Positions 8,329-16,910 of a stretch of 64,000 bases of DNA are shown here, in pieces. Origin of the DNA: an uncultured Gammaproteobacteria bacterium. Lineage in GTDB: Bacteria; Patescibacteriota; Patescibacteriia; Patescibacteriales; GWC2-42-12. The notes under the pieces were generated by a model, which was not told the origin of the DNA, made no database searches, and saw only the letters and a program-made list of their open reading frames with translations. How positions within the stretch are numbered: the stretch's first letter is position 1; every line of letters begins with the position of its first letter. The position numbers were made by a program, and so were the translations under genes. The stretch covers positions 8,025-72,024 of the forward strand of contig CAYSKV010000002.1 of assembly GCA_964431805.1 (NCBI GenBank). The letters are read 5' to 3'.

Positions 8329-9384
8329 CTAGAATTGTTTTAAAAATTTTAAATCACCGCTATGAAATAACCTAATATCATTAATGCCATATTTTAACAT
8401 AGCTAATCTATCTAAACCGTAACCAAAAGCAAAACCTTGATATTTTTTCGGATCAATACCGCCAGCGCGTAAAACGTTAGGATGTACCATGCCGCAACCA
8501 ACAATCTCTAACCAACCCGTTCCTTTACATAAACGACAACCCTTGCCACCGCATAAAAAACAGGAATATTCGCCATTAGATCCAGGTTCAACAAAAGGAT
8601 AAAATTTCGGACGCATTCTAAATTCAGTATCAGGGCCGAATAATTTTTTACCTAAAACTTCTAAAATAGCCTTTAAATTACTAAAATTTATATTTTTATC
8701 TATCATTAAACCTTCTAACTGATAAAAAGTATGTTCGTGGCGAACGTCGGTCGCTTCATTTCTAAAACAACGGCCGGGCACAATGCATTTTATTGGCGCG
8801 CCATATTTTTGCATGGCCCTTATCTGCATAGGCGAAGTTTGCGTGCGCATTAACATATCATACTCGCCTTTAGCATTTTTCTTGTCCTCCGTAGCTTTAG
8901 CGTAGGAGGGATGATCAATATAGAAAGTATCTTGCATGTCGCGAGCTGGATGAAAGGGAGGGATATTTAAAGCCGTAAAATTATAATAATCGCTCTCTAA
9001 TTCCGGTCCATCAAGCACCATAAAACCAAGCGAAGAAAATAAATCTTCTATTTCGTTTTGTAAAATCGTTATAGGATGCAAATGTCCTTGCTTAATTTCT
9101 ACGCCAGGTAAAGTCGCATCAACATAATCAGTCTTAGTATTTTCCCCTAAACTAATTTTAACTTCTTCAAATCTATTTATTAATTCAATTTTTATTTCAT
9201 TAGCTAATCTACCTAAAGTCTTTTTTTCTTCCGCGCTTAAATCAGCCACGCTTCTTAAAATTTTTGTCAGCTCGCCTTTTCTACCAAGATATTTTATTTC
9301 TAAATCACGCAAAATCTCTAGCTTTTTAACTTCAGCTAGTTGATTTAAAATTTCTTGCTTTAGTTTTTGTAATTTAGATTCCAT
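8329..9384 (-). CDS. pheS: Phenylalanine--tRNA ligase alpha subunit
   Basis: ORF track 8329..9417. I prefer the ATG at 9384 (MESKLQKLKQEIL) because the first 11 codons of the longer ORF overlap the upstream gene. Class II motifs are present: FRNEATDVRHEHTFYQLEG and GFAFGYGLDRLAMLKYGI. Confidence 0.93.
   Translation of the reverse strand: MESKLQKLKQEILNQLAEVKKLEILRDLEIKYLGRKGELTKILRSVADLSAEEKKTLGRLANEIKIELINRFEEVKISLGENTKTDYVDATLPGVEIKQGHLHPITILQNEIEDLFSSLGFMVLDGPELESDYYNFTALNIPPFHPARDMQDTFYIDHPSYAKATEDKKNAKGEYDMLMRTQTSPMQIRAMQKYGAPIKCIVPGRCFRNEATDVRHEHTFYQLEGLMIDKNINFSNLKAILEVLGKKLFGPDTEFRMRPKFYPFVEPGSNGEYSCFLCGGKGCRLCKGTGWLEIVGCGMVHPNVLRAGGIDPKKYQGFAFGYGLDRLAMLKYGINDIRLFHSGDLKFLKQF
8886..8909. 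repeat. Short palindromic element (CCTCC..GGAGG, 'AKATEDK' family) inside the pheS ORF
   Basis: The element is cctccgtagctttagcgtaggagg. An 18-nt core, tcctccgtagctttagcg (8885-8902), is identical to 49266-49283 in valS. It is translated as HPSYAKATEDKK. Confidence 0.8.
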
Positions 9385-9817
9385 TTTGATTAATATTATT
9401 TTCTTCTTGAATATCATTAGTGATTTTAGTCTTACTATAACTTAAAAGAAAAAATTCTAAGGCGGATAAGCCAATTATTAAAATAGCTAAATTTAACCAA
9501 CTAAATAAATTTCGTGAAAGCAAAAATAAAGCTGCTATAATAAAACCGGCGAAAAAAAATGACTGGCGAAAAGCGACTTTAACCGTGTTAATAACTAATT
9601 CATGACGAAAAATTATAAATCTAATAATAAAACCGATAATGGCGGTAGCGCCGCTGATTAATAAAAATAAAGATAAATAAAATAGAAAAAAACCAACGCT
9701 ATTAGTAGTTTCCGGGTCAACCGTAAAAACAATATAACCAAACATAACGGCGCATAGCGCCGTCATGAATGACATAACTAATAAATATAAACGTAAAGAC
9801 ATGGGATTAATTTTCAA
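9374..9817 (-). CDS. Small integral membrane protein, unknown function
   Basis: 147 aa with about four hydrophobic helices and no family I recognise. Its stop overlaps the preferred pheS start by 11 nt. Confidence 0.6.
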   Translation of the reverse strand: MKINPMSLRLYLLVMSFMTALCAVMFGYIVFTVDPETTNSVGFFLFYLSLFLLISGATAIIGFIIRFIIFRHELVINTVKVAFRQSFFFAGFIIAALFLLSRNLFSWLNLAILIIGLSALEFFLLSYSKTKITNDIQEENNINQNGI

Positions 9818-9824
9818 TTCTCAA

Positions 9825-9856
9825 TTTTCCCTGCTTAAGGCAGGACAAGCAATTTT
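9825..9856. repeat. CCTGC-hairpin element, intergenic copy
   Basis: The sequence is ttttCCCTGCTtaagGCAGGacaagcaatttt. The same flanks (ATTTTCCCTGCT ... AGCAGGACAAG-AATTTT) recur inside argS at about 44057-44096. Confidence 0.7.
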
Positions 9857-9959
9857 AAAAAAATGCCATTGAAAATTAGATAATTAATAATTCATTGATA
9901 ATTGATAATTTGTAAATTGGTAATTAATAATACTTTAACATTTTATGGCTAAATTTTCA

Positions 9960-10011
9960 ACCCTGTTAAATAAATTTTTAAGAAAAATTTCGCGTAGCGA
10001 TTTAACAGGGT
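9960..10011. repeat. Y-shaped palindromic mini-element, copy 2 (immediately after the helicase stop; probable terminator)
   Basis: The outer stem ACCCTGTTAAAT (9960-9971) / ATTTAACAGGGT (10000-10011) is identical to copy 1. The inner hairpins differ but still pair: AAATTTTT-aag-AAAAATTT (9972-9990) and CGC-gta-GCG (9991-9999). Confidence 0.85.
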
Positions 10012-12974
10012 CAACCTCTAAACTCACAAATTTCCTTAAAATCGCACCAAGCGCATAAGACTCCGGGGTTAGCTTTAAATTTACCCTGATTTATTTCTTT
10101 AATAGTATCAACAATCTTAACTTTTATTTTTTCTAAATCTTTGGCCGAGCCAATAAATTCAACCTCGCTATTATCATCAAGATAATAAAAAGCCAAGGTT
10201 TTAACTTCTTGTTTAAATAATTCCTGAACGGCTAATTGATAAATTAATAACTGCTCTTTATCTTTAAACTCAAGCTTATCTTTAGGTTTACCGGTTTTAT
10301 AATCAACTAGCTTTAAACCTTCTCCGACTTTATCAATCCGGTCAATCGCGCCGCGCACTACATACGAATCTTTACCGTCGGTAATTTTAAGATTAAAGCC
10401 TTTTTCTAGAAATAATGCCGATGGCCAGTTATCTTTATATTTTTCATAAAAACCTTTTAAAATTTCCTGACCTTGTTTTTTTCTTTCCTGCTTTTTCTTT
10501 TTAGATTCAAACCAATCATCAACCCAACTTTCTTCATAAAATTTTAAAATTTCTTCAAAAGTAATATTATCTTTTTTCGCCTTAACTTTATTATCGAATA
10601 AACCGGCCTGGCCTAAGCCCTTTTTCTCGTTAAGTAAAATAAATATTTTTTGCAAAGTTGAATGCAGGGTTTTACCGAAAGAAAATTGCTCTTTACCCAT
10701 AGTAGGAATTTTTAAAATATGGGCAAAACGATATTGATAGGGGCAGGCCGAGTAAGCCGCTAATTGCGAATAAGAAAAGTGAGTAGGAATGGCTATGTCT
10801 TTATCATCTTTAACATTCTTAACTTTTTTAGAAATTTTTAATTTATCATTTACTAATGATTTATTTTCTTCTAACGGTAATTTCTCGTTTCCAATCATAC
10901 CTAACTCTATTAAAAATCTTGATGGTTTCTTTTTAATTTTTCCGCCATAATCCGCCGCCCAAGAAAAATATAAACCAGTTTTAGCTCGCGTCATTGCCAC
11001 ATAAAATAAACGTCGTTCTTCTTCTAAATGCACGTCGCCAACGGTCAAAATTTCTTTAATTAAAGCGTCGGGTAAACTAATTTGCTCATTTCTCGCTATG
11101 GTCGGAAAGCGCTTATCCACTAAATTAGCTATAAAAACATATTTAAATTCTAAGCCTTTAGCGCCATGAACAGTTAAAATTCTAACGGCCTCAGGGCCAA
11201 CTTCTAAATCAGATTCTAAAGCGCCTTCTTCACCGGCTTCTATTTCTAAATTTAATTCAGCTAAAAAGGCTCTAACGCTTTTATCATCTGAAGAACTTTC
11301 AAAATCTTTAACTCGTTTTAAAAATTGATTTAATAAATTTATAGTTTCAAGATTTTTTTGCTCGCCTAAACGACTTAAATATTTTAAATAACCGCTGTCA
11401 TTCATAAAAGCTAAAAAAACTTCGCTGATTGGTTTTTCTCGAGCTAAAATTGAATGTTTAGAAATTAAAGTTAAAACAGCTTTTACTTTTTTTTCTAAAT
11501 CAGCCGAAAATTTTAAAACACTGCCGCTATTTATAACTTCAAAAAGCGACCAGGCCTTTTTATTAGCTAAATGATTAAAATTTACTAATTCTTCGGAAGT
11601 AAAATTAAAAATCGGTAAACTTAATATGCGCCATAAAGCTAAACTTTCATGATAATTATCTAATAATTTTAAATAAGCTACTACGTCCATAATTATCGGT
11701 TTAGCGTAAAGACCGCGCGAAGAACCGAAAATAAAAGGCAGCCCGCGGCGATCAAATTCAGCCATAAAATCATTAGCCGAATCGTTAGCGCGCACTAAAA
11801 CCGCAAAGTCATTTAGACTAACGTTTTTATTTTTATTCTTTAGTTCAATTATTTTATTTGCCACTAATTTTACTTCTCCATCTAAATCAGCGCCTTGTAA
11901 AACTTCAATTACGCCGGCGCCAGAATTTTCAGCGATTAACTTTTTACTTAAATTTTTATCTTTTTTAAATTGCCATTCTAATCGGTTCGGATTGTTTTGC
12001 TTAATAAATTCATAAGACAAATCTAAAATATTTTGTTGGCTGCGATAATTTTTAGTTAAAACTATTTTTTCAGCTTTAGGATAATCTTTGGAAAATTGCA
12101 AAATATTAGACATGGAAGCGCCGCGAAAACGATAAATTGATTGATCGTCATCGCCTACGACCGTTAGATTATTAGTCGGCTCAGCTAAAAGTTTTACTAA
12201 TTCATATTGCGCCCAATTAGTATCCTGAAATTCGTCTACTAAAATATATTTAAACTGCTTTCTATATTTTTCTAAAATCGCTGGGCGTTCGCGAAATAAT
12301 TTTAAGGTGTAGTTTATTAAGTCGCCAAAATCTATGGCGCTATTATCTAATAATAATTGCTGATAAACATGATAAGCATTAGCGATTTCATTAACGCGCG
12401 CAACTTCCTGCTCTACTATTGTCTTGTCAGAAACGCCGGATAACATACCGTCTAAATTTTGCTTTAACCCATCGGCATAATTTAAATAATCGGCCGGCGA
12501 AATATCTTCATCTTTAGCGCGAGAAAAATGTTTTAAGAGAGCGCTAATAAATTTAGTCGGATTGCCTAAGGGGCGATAATAATCTAATTCAAACTTATCT
12601 AAATTCTTTTTTATTAACGCCCATTGCTCAAACTCATTTAACAATTTAAAATCGCCTGGTAGTCCTAAGCTTAAACCATGCTCTTTTAAAATCCGCTCGG
12701 CAAAACTATGAAAAGTTGAAACCCATAAATCAAAATAACCAATCGGCAATAGCGACCCAACCCGATCTTCCATTTCCGCGGCCGCTTTTTCCGTAAAAGT
12801 TAAAGCTAAAACTTCGTCAGATTTAGCTAGGCCTTGTTCAATTAAATAAGCGATGCGCTGGGTAATAACCGTAGTTTTACCGGTACCTGCTCCAGCCACA
12901 ATTAAAAGCGGTCCGTTTTTATGTAAAACTGCTTTTAGTTGTTCTTTATTAAGATTTTCTAATAGATTATTCAT
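10011..12974 (-). CDS. UvrD/PcrA-type superfamily 1 helicase fused to a C-terminal PD-(D/E)XK (AddB/Cas4-like, Cys-cluster) nuclease
   Basis: 987 aa. The N-terminus carries AGAGTGKT (Walker A), DEFQDT and other UvrD-like blocks. The C-terminus carries SACPYQY ... DRIDK ... DYKTGK ... CAWCDFKEIC, consistent with a RecB-family nuclease with 4-Cys ligands. Confidence 0.85.
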   Translation of the reverse strand: MNNLLENLNKEQLKAVLHKNGPLLIVAGAGTGKTTVITQRIAYLIEQGLAKSDEVLALTFTEKAAAEMEDRVGSLLPIGYFDLWVSTFHSFAERILKEHGLSLGLPGDFKLLNEFEQWALIKKNLDKFELDYYRPLGNPTKFISALLKHFSRAKDEDISPADYLNYADGLKQNLDGMLSGVSDKTIVEQEVARVNEIANAYHVYQQLLLDNSAIDFGDLINYTLKLFRERPAILEKYRKQFKYILVDEFQDTNWAQYELVKLLAEPTNNLTVVGDDDQSIYRFRGASMSNILQFSKDYPKAEKIVLTKNYRSQQNILDLSYEFIKQNNPNRLEWQFKKDKNLSKKLIAENSGAGVIEVLQGADLDGEVKLVANKIIELKNKNKNVSLNDFAVLVRANDSANDFMAEFDRRGLPFIFGSSRGLYAKPIIMDVVAYLKLLDNYHESLALWRILSLPIFNFTSEELVNFNHLANKKAWSLFEVINSGSVLKFSADLEKKVKAVLTLISKHSILAREKPISEVFLAFMNDSGYLKYLSRLGEQKNLETINLLNQFLKRVKDFESSSDDKSVRAFLAELNLEIEAGEEGALESDLEVGPEAVRILTVHGAKGLEFKYVFIANLVDKRFPTIARNEQISLPDALIKEILTVGDVHLEEERRLFYVAMTRAKTGLYFSWAADYGGKIKKKPSRFLIELGMIGNEKLPLEENKSLVNDKLKISKKVKNVKDDKDIAIPTHFSYSQLAAYSACPYQYRFAHILKIPTMGKEQFSFGKTLHSTLQKIFILLNEKKGLGQAGLFDNKVKAKKDNITFEEILKFYEESWVDDWFESKKKKQERKKQGQEILKGFYEKYKDNWPSALFLEKGFNLKITDGKDSYVVRGAIDRIDKVGEGLKLVDYKTGKPKDKLEFKDKEQLLIYQLAVQELFKQEVKTLAFYYLDDNSEVEFIGSAKDLEKIKVKIVDTIKEINQGKFKANPGVLCAWCDFKEICEFRG

Positions 12975-12986
12975 GAATTAAGTTTA

Positions 12987-15900
12987 TTAACGATAAAAAA
13001 TAACATCAGAACCACTTGCAAAATCGCTTGTTAAATATCTAATAATCACAACACCTGAGCCACCATCACCGCCATATCCAGGAGTTGCGCCAGCGCATCC
13101 ACCACCACCACCACCAGTATTTAGCGTACCATCTTCTCCATTTCCTGAACCATTACTATTTCCATAACCATCGCCGCCGCCATGCGTGCCAAGGCCGTTA
13201 GTTTTAGTTCCTGCCGTCCATAAAACTCCGCCGCCGCCGCCAGCGTAACCAACTTCAACGCCACTAATAGAATTATTTAACCCCGCGCCTCCATCAGGGG
13301 CATGGTCTTTATCAGGTGGCGTTTGCCCAACAGCGCCCGCTCCGCCGCCAGCACCAGATGGATAAGGCGATTGATGAAATCCTCCATTACCTGACCCATT
13401 ATTACCTTGAGAACCATATACGGCTAAACCACCAAAAGTGTCAGCGCCACCATGAGTTGAACCGCCACCGCCAGAAGCTCCATCTTTACCATTATTTCCA
13501 TTACCACCACCACCGCCGCCGCCATAAGCAGTAATATTATCAAATACGCTATTCGTACCGTTAGCTCCCCCTGCGGAATTATTTCCAGCCACTCCTAAAC
13601 CTCCATCGCCGACTGTTATATTATATGTTTGAGGAGAAACAGCATGCTCAGATTCATAAACATAGCCACCGCCACCGCCACCGCCAGCAGCTCCACCGCC
13701 ACCGCCACCAACAACTAAAACTTCAACATTGCCAGCTTTAGGGAATGTAATTGATCCATTGGAAGTAAAAGTATGAATTGTATAATCACCGTCAATTGTA
13801 ATATCTCCTCCAGCTAAACTATCTGAAGTTTTTGTTTTAAAAATAACTTGACTAGAAATATTAAAATCACTAGTTAAATATTTAATAATAACAATACCTG
13901 AACCGCCGTTGCCACCATTAGAATTAGAGACTCCTGAGCTAGTTGATCCCCCTCCTCCACCACCGCCAGTATTAGCAATTCCGTCGCTACCACTTTGGCC
14001 TACAAGGCCTCCATCGCCACCTCCACCAATCCCGCCTATGCCGCCATTGCTAGATTTACCACCTCCGCCTCCACCACCAGCGTAATAAACAGAAGAACCA
14101 CTTATGGAGTAAGCTAAACCATCGCCACCGTTACCACCCACAGAACTAGTTCTAGTTTGCCCAACAGAATTAGCACCGCCACCTCCGGAACCAGCGCGGT
14201 ATGTTGTAGTATTAGTTAGTGCGTCACCGCCATTATTACCTTGCCCAGATGTTCCTTGTGAGGCTGCAGTGGATTGGCTATATGAATTTGCTGCGCCACC
14301 GCCAGAACCTCCGTCTGCGCCCTTGTTTACGCCAGTTGGATCATCATTATCTGAACCGCCACCGCCACCTCCGATAGCTATTAATGAGTCAAAAATACTA
14401 TTTTCACCATTACTGCCTTTGTTGGAAATTAACGTGGCACCATTACCACCATTTCCAACAGTAACAGTCTTAACTCCAGTAGTTACTGCATAGGAGGCAT
14501 TATAAATTAAACCGCCTGCTCCTCCTCCACCACCGCCATCTCCATTACCACCTAATTCAGCGTGTCCTCCTCCACCACCGCCAGCAACAACTAATACTTC
14601 AACATTTCCACTTTTAGGAAATGTAATAGTTCCGTCAGAAGTAAAAGTATGAATTGTATAGTCACCGTCATAAGTTACATTACCTCCAGTAAGAGCAGAG
14701 GGGTTCGTGCGAAAAATTATTCTTCTACTTAAAGACGTATCATCAAAATCATTATTTAAATATCTAATAATAACTATACCTGAACCGCCTTTACCTCCAG
14801 CTTGAAAACCGGCTCCGCCGCCACCTCCACCCGAACCAGTTCCGTCTGTTCCAGCCGTTCCAGCCGTATCTCTCCAACCGCCATGTCCTCCAATTCCGCT
14901 TCCTCCATCACCGCCACCGCCGCCGTCATAACCTCCTGCTCCACCGCCAGCCGCATAATAAGTCGGCGTTCCGCTTATGCTATTACTTGTTCCATCGCCG
15001 CCATTACCTCCTTGATTGCCAACTCCATTAGCGCCAATAGATCCTGAACCGCCGCCGCCGCCACCACCTAAATTAGAGGCAACTGCTCCTGTCCCTCCAT
15101 TATTTCCTTGAGAAGGCACAGTTGCTGGAGTATTGCCGGAACCGCCTACCCCGCTAAAACATTGTCCGCCGCCGCCTGAACCGCCGTTGTTTCCAGGAGT
15201 GGCACCACTACCACTTGGACCGCCACCAGCTCCGCCGCCAGCCGCAGTAATAGTAGAAAAAATACTAGCTTCACCATTACTCGCCGAGCCTGAACTACCA
15301 GGCCCGCCAGATCCGCCATCGCCAACTGTTATATTATATTCTTGAGCAGAAACGGGAAAAGATGAAACATATCTATAGCCGCCTGCTCCGCCACCACCAG
15401 CTGCATTTCCACCGCCACCACCGCCGCCACCAACCACTAAAACATCTACATTGCCAGCTTTATTAAATGTTATTGTCCCATCAGAAATAAAAGTATGAAC
15501 GGTATAATTACCATAATGACTTATTGTTCCGCCATCAGGATGAGTAGAATTATAAGCATAAGCTATTTGATCGCCAAACTCAAAACGCAAAACATGATTA
15601 CCGGCTTTTTTAGTAAAATTAATAACTTTGCCGTTGCCGGCGCAAAACCAATTTGGATAAAAAATAACATCACCAGCTAAAATTTGTGGATCTTTTTTTT
15701 CTCCGTCGCAAAATAATGACACAAACTCATCATCATCTATTGTCGCCTGATCATTAGGAATTATTTTTAAATCAGCCGTGCCTTTAGTAGAAAATTCAAC
15801 CTCCCAATTTTCTCCTTGTTGAGGATGCGAATGAATATTTAAAACAACTACTTCTATCGTCGGATCTAAAACCACCGGATATTTGGCTTTATCCAACCAT

Positions 15901-16511
15901 TCTTGATTTGGTTTGATAGTTAAAAATCCATCATTAGTTAAATTAGTTTCAACTTCTCCGGTTGAACTTTTTTTATTATCAGCATCAATTAAAAATGGCG
16001 CTGGAATATCAAAAACCCGATAAAGCTGTTCTCCTTTTTTACCTTTAACATAAAAAATGAAATTACCTTCTTTATCTTTTTCAAAATCATAAAAAGTTAA
16101 ATCTATCTGATAAGCAAATTCTTTAGGATGACCGGGCTGTTTTAAAATTATATCTTCTTTTATCTTATCGCTAAATTTTGTTTGCACTATATCAGTATTA
16201 TTAAAAGCATCAATATATTTAATAACATTATCGCTTAATACTTGAGCCTTAGCCTCTAAGGCGCCTAACGGCACGATAGAAAATTCATGATTAAATAATT
16301 TTATTTTTAATTGTCCATTATAAAAGGCGGGCTGTGATATTTCAAGAACAGATTTATTATTAGTAAGAGAATCTTCTTCTAAATTAATAAAAACACTATA
16401 AATTGAAGCGCCTATAGCAAAAACAAAAACGGCCATAACAAAAATAGAAAGAATATTTATTTTCTGTTCTTTAGTAATTTTAAAAATTGATTTTAAAAAC
16501 TTTTTTACCAT
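12987..16511 (-). CDS. Membrane-anchored glycine-rich surface protein with three ~270-aa Gly-rich modules
   Basis: 1174 aa. It has an N-terminal TM (ILSIFVMAVFVFAIGASIY) and a ~330-aa non-repetitive domain. Three modules follow, each starting G[ND]YT[VI]HTF[IT]S.G.ITF.K.GNV.VLVV-GGGGGG and ending GGSG[IV]VII[RK]YL..DF. Confidence 0.85.
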   Translation of the reverse strand: MVKKFLKSIFKITKEQKINILSIFVMAVFVFAIGASIYSVFINLEEDSLTNNKSVLEISQPAFYNGQLKIKLFNHEFSIVPLGALEAKAQVLSDNVIKYIDAFNNTDIVQTKFSDKIKEDIILKQPGHPKEFAYQIDLTFYDFEKDKEGNFIFYVKGKKGEQLYRVFDIPAPFLIDADNKKSSTGEVETNLTNDGFLTIKPNQEWLDKAKYPVVLDPTIEVVVLNIHSHPQQGENWEVEFSTKGTADLKIIPNDQATIDDDEFVSLFCDGEKKDPQILAGDVIFYPNWFCAGNGKVINFTKKAGNHVLRFEFGDQIAYAYNSTHPDGGTISHYGNYTVHTFISDGTITFNKAGNVDVLVVGGGGGGGGNAAGGGGAGGYRYVSSFPVSAQEYNITVGDGGSGGPGSSGSASNGEASIFSTITAAGGGAGGGPSGSGATPGNNGGSGGGGQCFSGVGGSGNTPATVPSQGNNGGTGAVASNLGGGGGGGSGSIGANGVGNQGGNGGDGTSNSISGTPTYYAAGGGAGGYDGGGGGDGGSGIGGHGGWRDTAGTAGTDGTGSGGGGGGAGFQAGGKGGSGIVIIRYLNNDFDDTSLSRRIIFRTNPSALTGGNVTYDGDYTIHTFTSDGTITFPKSGNVEVLVVAGGGGGGHAELGGNGDGGGGGGAGGLIYNASYAVTTGVKTVTVGNGGNGATLISNKGSNGENSIFDSLIAIGGGGGGSDNDDPTGVNKGADGGSGGGAANSYSQSTAASQGTSGQGNNGGDALTNTTTYRAGSGGGGANSVGQTRTSSVGGNGGDGLAYSISGSSVYYAGGGGGGGKSSNGGIGGIGGGGDGGLVGQSGSDGIANTGGGGGGGSTSSGVSNSNGGNGGSGIVIIKYLTSDFNISSQVIFKTKTSDSLAGGDITIDGDYTIHTFTSNGSITFPKAGNVEVLVVGGGGGGAAGGGGGGGYVYESEHAVSPQTYNITVGDGGLGVAGNNSAGGANGTNSVFDNITAYGGGGGGGNGNNGKDGASGGGGSTHGGADTFGGLAVYGSQGNNGSGNGGFHQSPYPSGAGGGAGAVGQTPPDKDHAPDGGAGLNNSISGVEVGYAGGGGGVLWTAGTKTNGLGTHGGGDGYGNSNGSGNGEDGTLNTGGGGGGCAGATPGYGGDGGSGVVIIRYLTSDFASGSDVIFYR
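13021..15513 (-). repeat. Three tandem diverged Gly-rich coding modules (about 15513-14743, 14665-13861, 13795-13021)
   Basis: Boundaries were estimated from the recurring DNA for G[ND]YT.HTF (e.g. aaagtatgaa..gtata at ~15491, ~14642, ~13771) and for VII[RK]YL (~14760, ~13880, ~13040). Confidence 0.7.
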
Positions 16512-16513
16512 TT

Positions 16514-16897
16514 GTCATTGCGAGCGTAAGCGAAGCAATCTCACGAACTATAAATCTTCGCTTAAATCTCGCCATTTTAGATTAACTTTTTTTATTAATT
16601 CTATTTTCTTTTTTCTTGAACCGCTTTTTATTTGTTTTTCTCTAGCAATCGCATCATTAATATTATTAAACATCTCATAATAAACTAATTTATCTGCGTT
16701 ATATTTAGCAGTAAAACTTTGTTTATTTTCTTTTGTTTTATGATAATAATTTCTATTTAATAAATTATTACTTACCCCTGTATATAAAACTGAATTCCAT
16801 CTATTGGTGTTTATATAAACATAATATTGTTTTTCCTCCTTCATATTATCAATTATTATTCGTGGGATTGCTTCGTCGTTTCACTCCTCGCAATGAC
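16514..16897. mobile_element. GIY-YIG nuclease mini-element bounded by ~31-36-bp terminal inverted repeats
   Basis: The left end is gtcattgcgagcgtaagcgaagcaatctcac (16514-16544). The right end, 16862-16897, is the reverse complement of gtcattgcgaggagtgaaacgacgaagcaatcccac. Each end contains an ATTGC..GCAAT hairpin, and the only cargo is the 98-aa GIY-YIG ORF. Confidence 0.6.
16548..16844 (-). CDS. GIY-YIG nuclease family protein (COG2827-like)
   Basis: 98 aa. The sequence YYVYINTNRWNSVLYTGVSNNLLNRNYYH ... KLVYYEMFNNINDAIAREKQIKSGSRKKKIELI fits the small stand-alone GIY-YIG (URI) domain. Confidence 0.8.
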   Translation of the reverse strand: MKEEKQYYVYINTNRWNSVLYTGVSNNLLNRNYYHKTKENKQSFTAKYNADKLVYYEMFNNINDAIAREKQIKSGSRKKKIELIKKVNLKWRDLSEDL

Positions 16898-16910
16898 ATA
16901 AAACCAAAAT

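Noticed and set aside
9385-9417. The first 11 codons of the pheS track ORF, and similarly 59576-59590 for ferredoxin
   Set aside because: The extensions overlap the upstream gene or leader hairpin and add non-conserved residues (MIFKKKIILIK; MIILI). The internal ATGs give canonical N-termini.
5290-10010. Heptamer/hairpin repeat clusters as a possible CRISPR array
   Set aside because: The repeats are 7-nt units or inverted arms rather than 25-40-bp direct repeats separated by unique spacers of constant length. No cas genes are present in the window.
10011-10013. Alternative genetic code (UGA sense, as in some CPR lineages)
   Set aside because: TGA terminates the helicase ORF at a sensible C-terminus (..CDFKEICEFRG*), followed by a terminator-like structure. 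All long ORFs are intact under the standard bacterial code, so there is no evidence for recoding.
13316-15345. Plus-strand ORFs inside the glycine-rich gene (13316.., 14269.., 14802.., 15133..; Pro/His-rich) and a minus-strand one (14774..14956)
   Set aside because: They are the complement or an alternative frame of GGN/GCN repeat DNA, lie entirely within a 1174-aa ORF with clear modular structure, and have no start context. They are frame-shadow artefacts.
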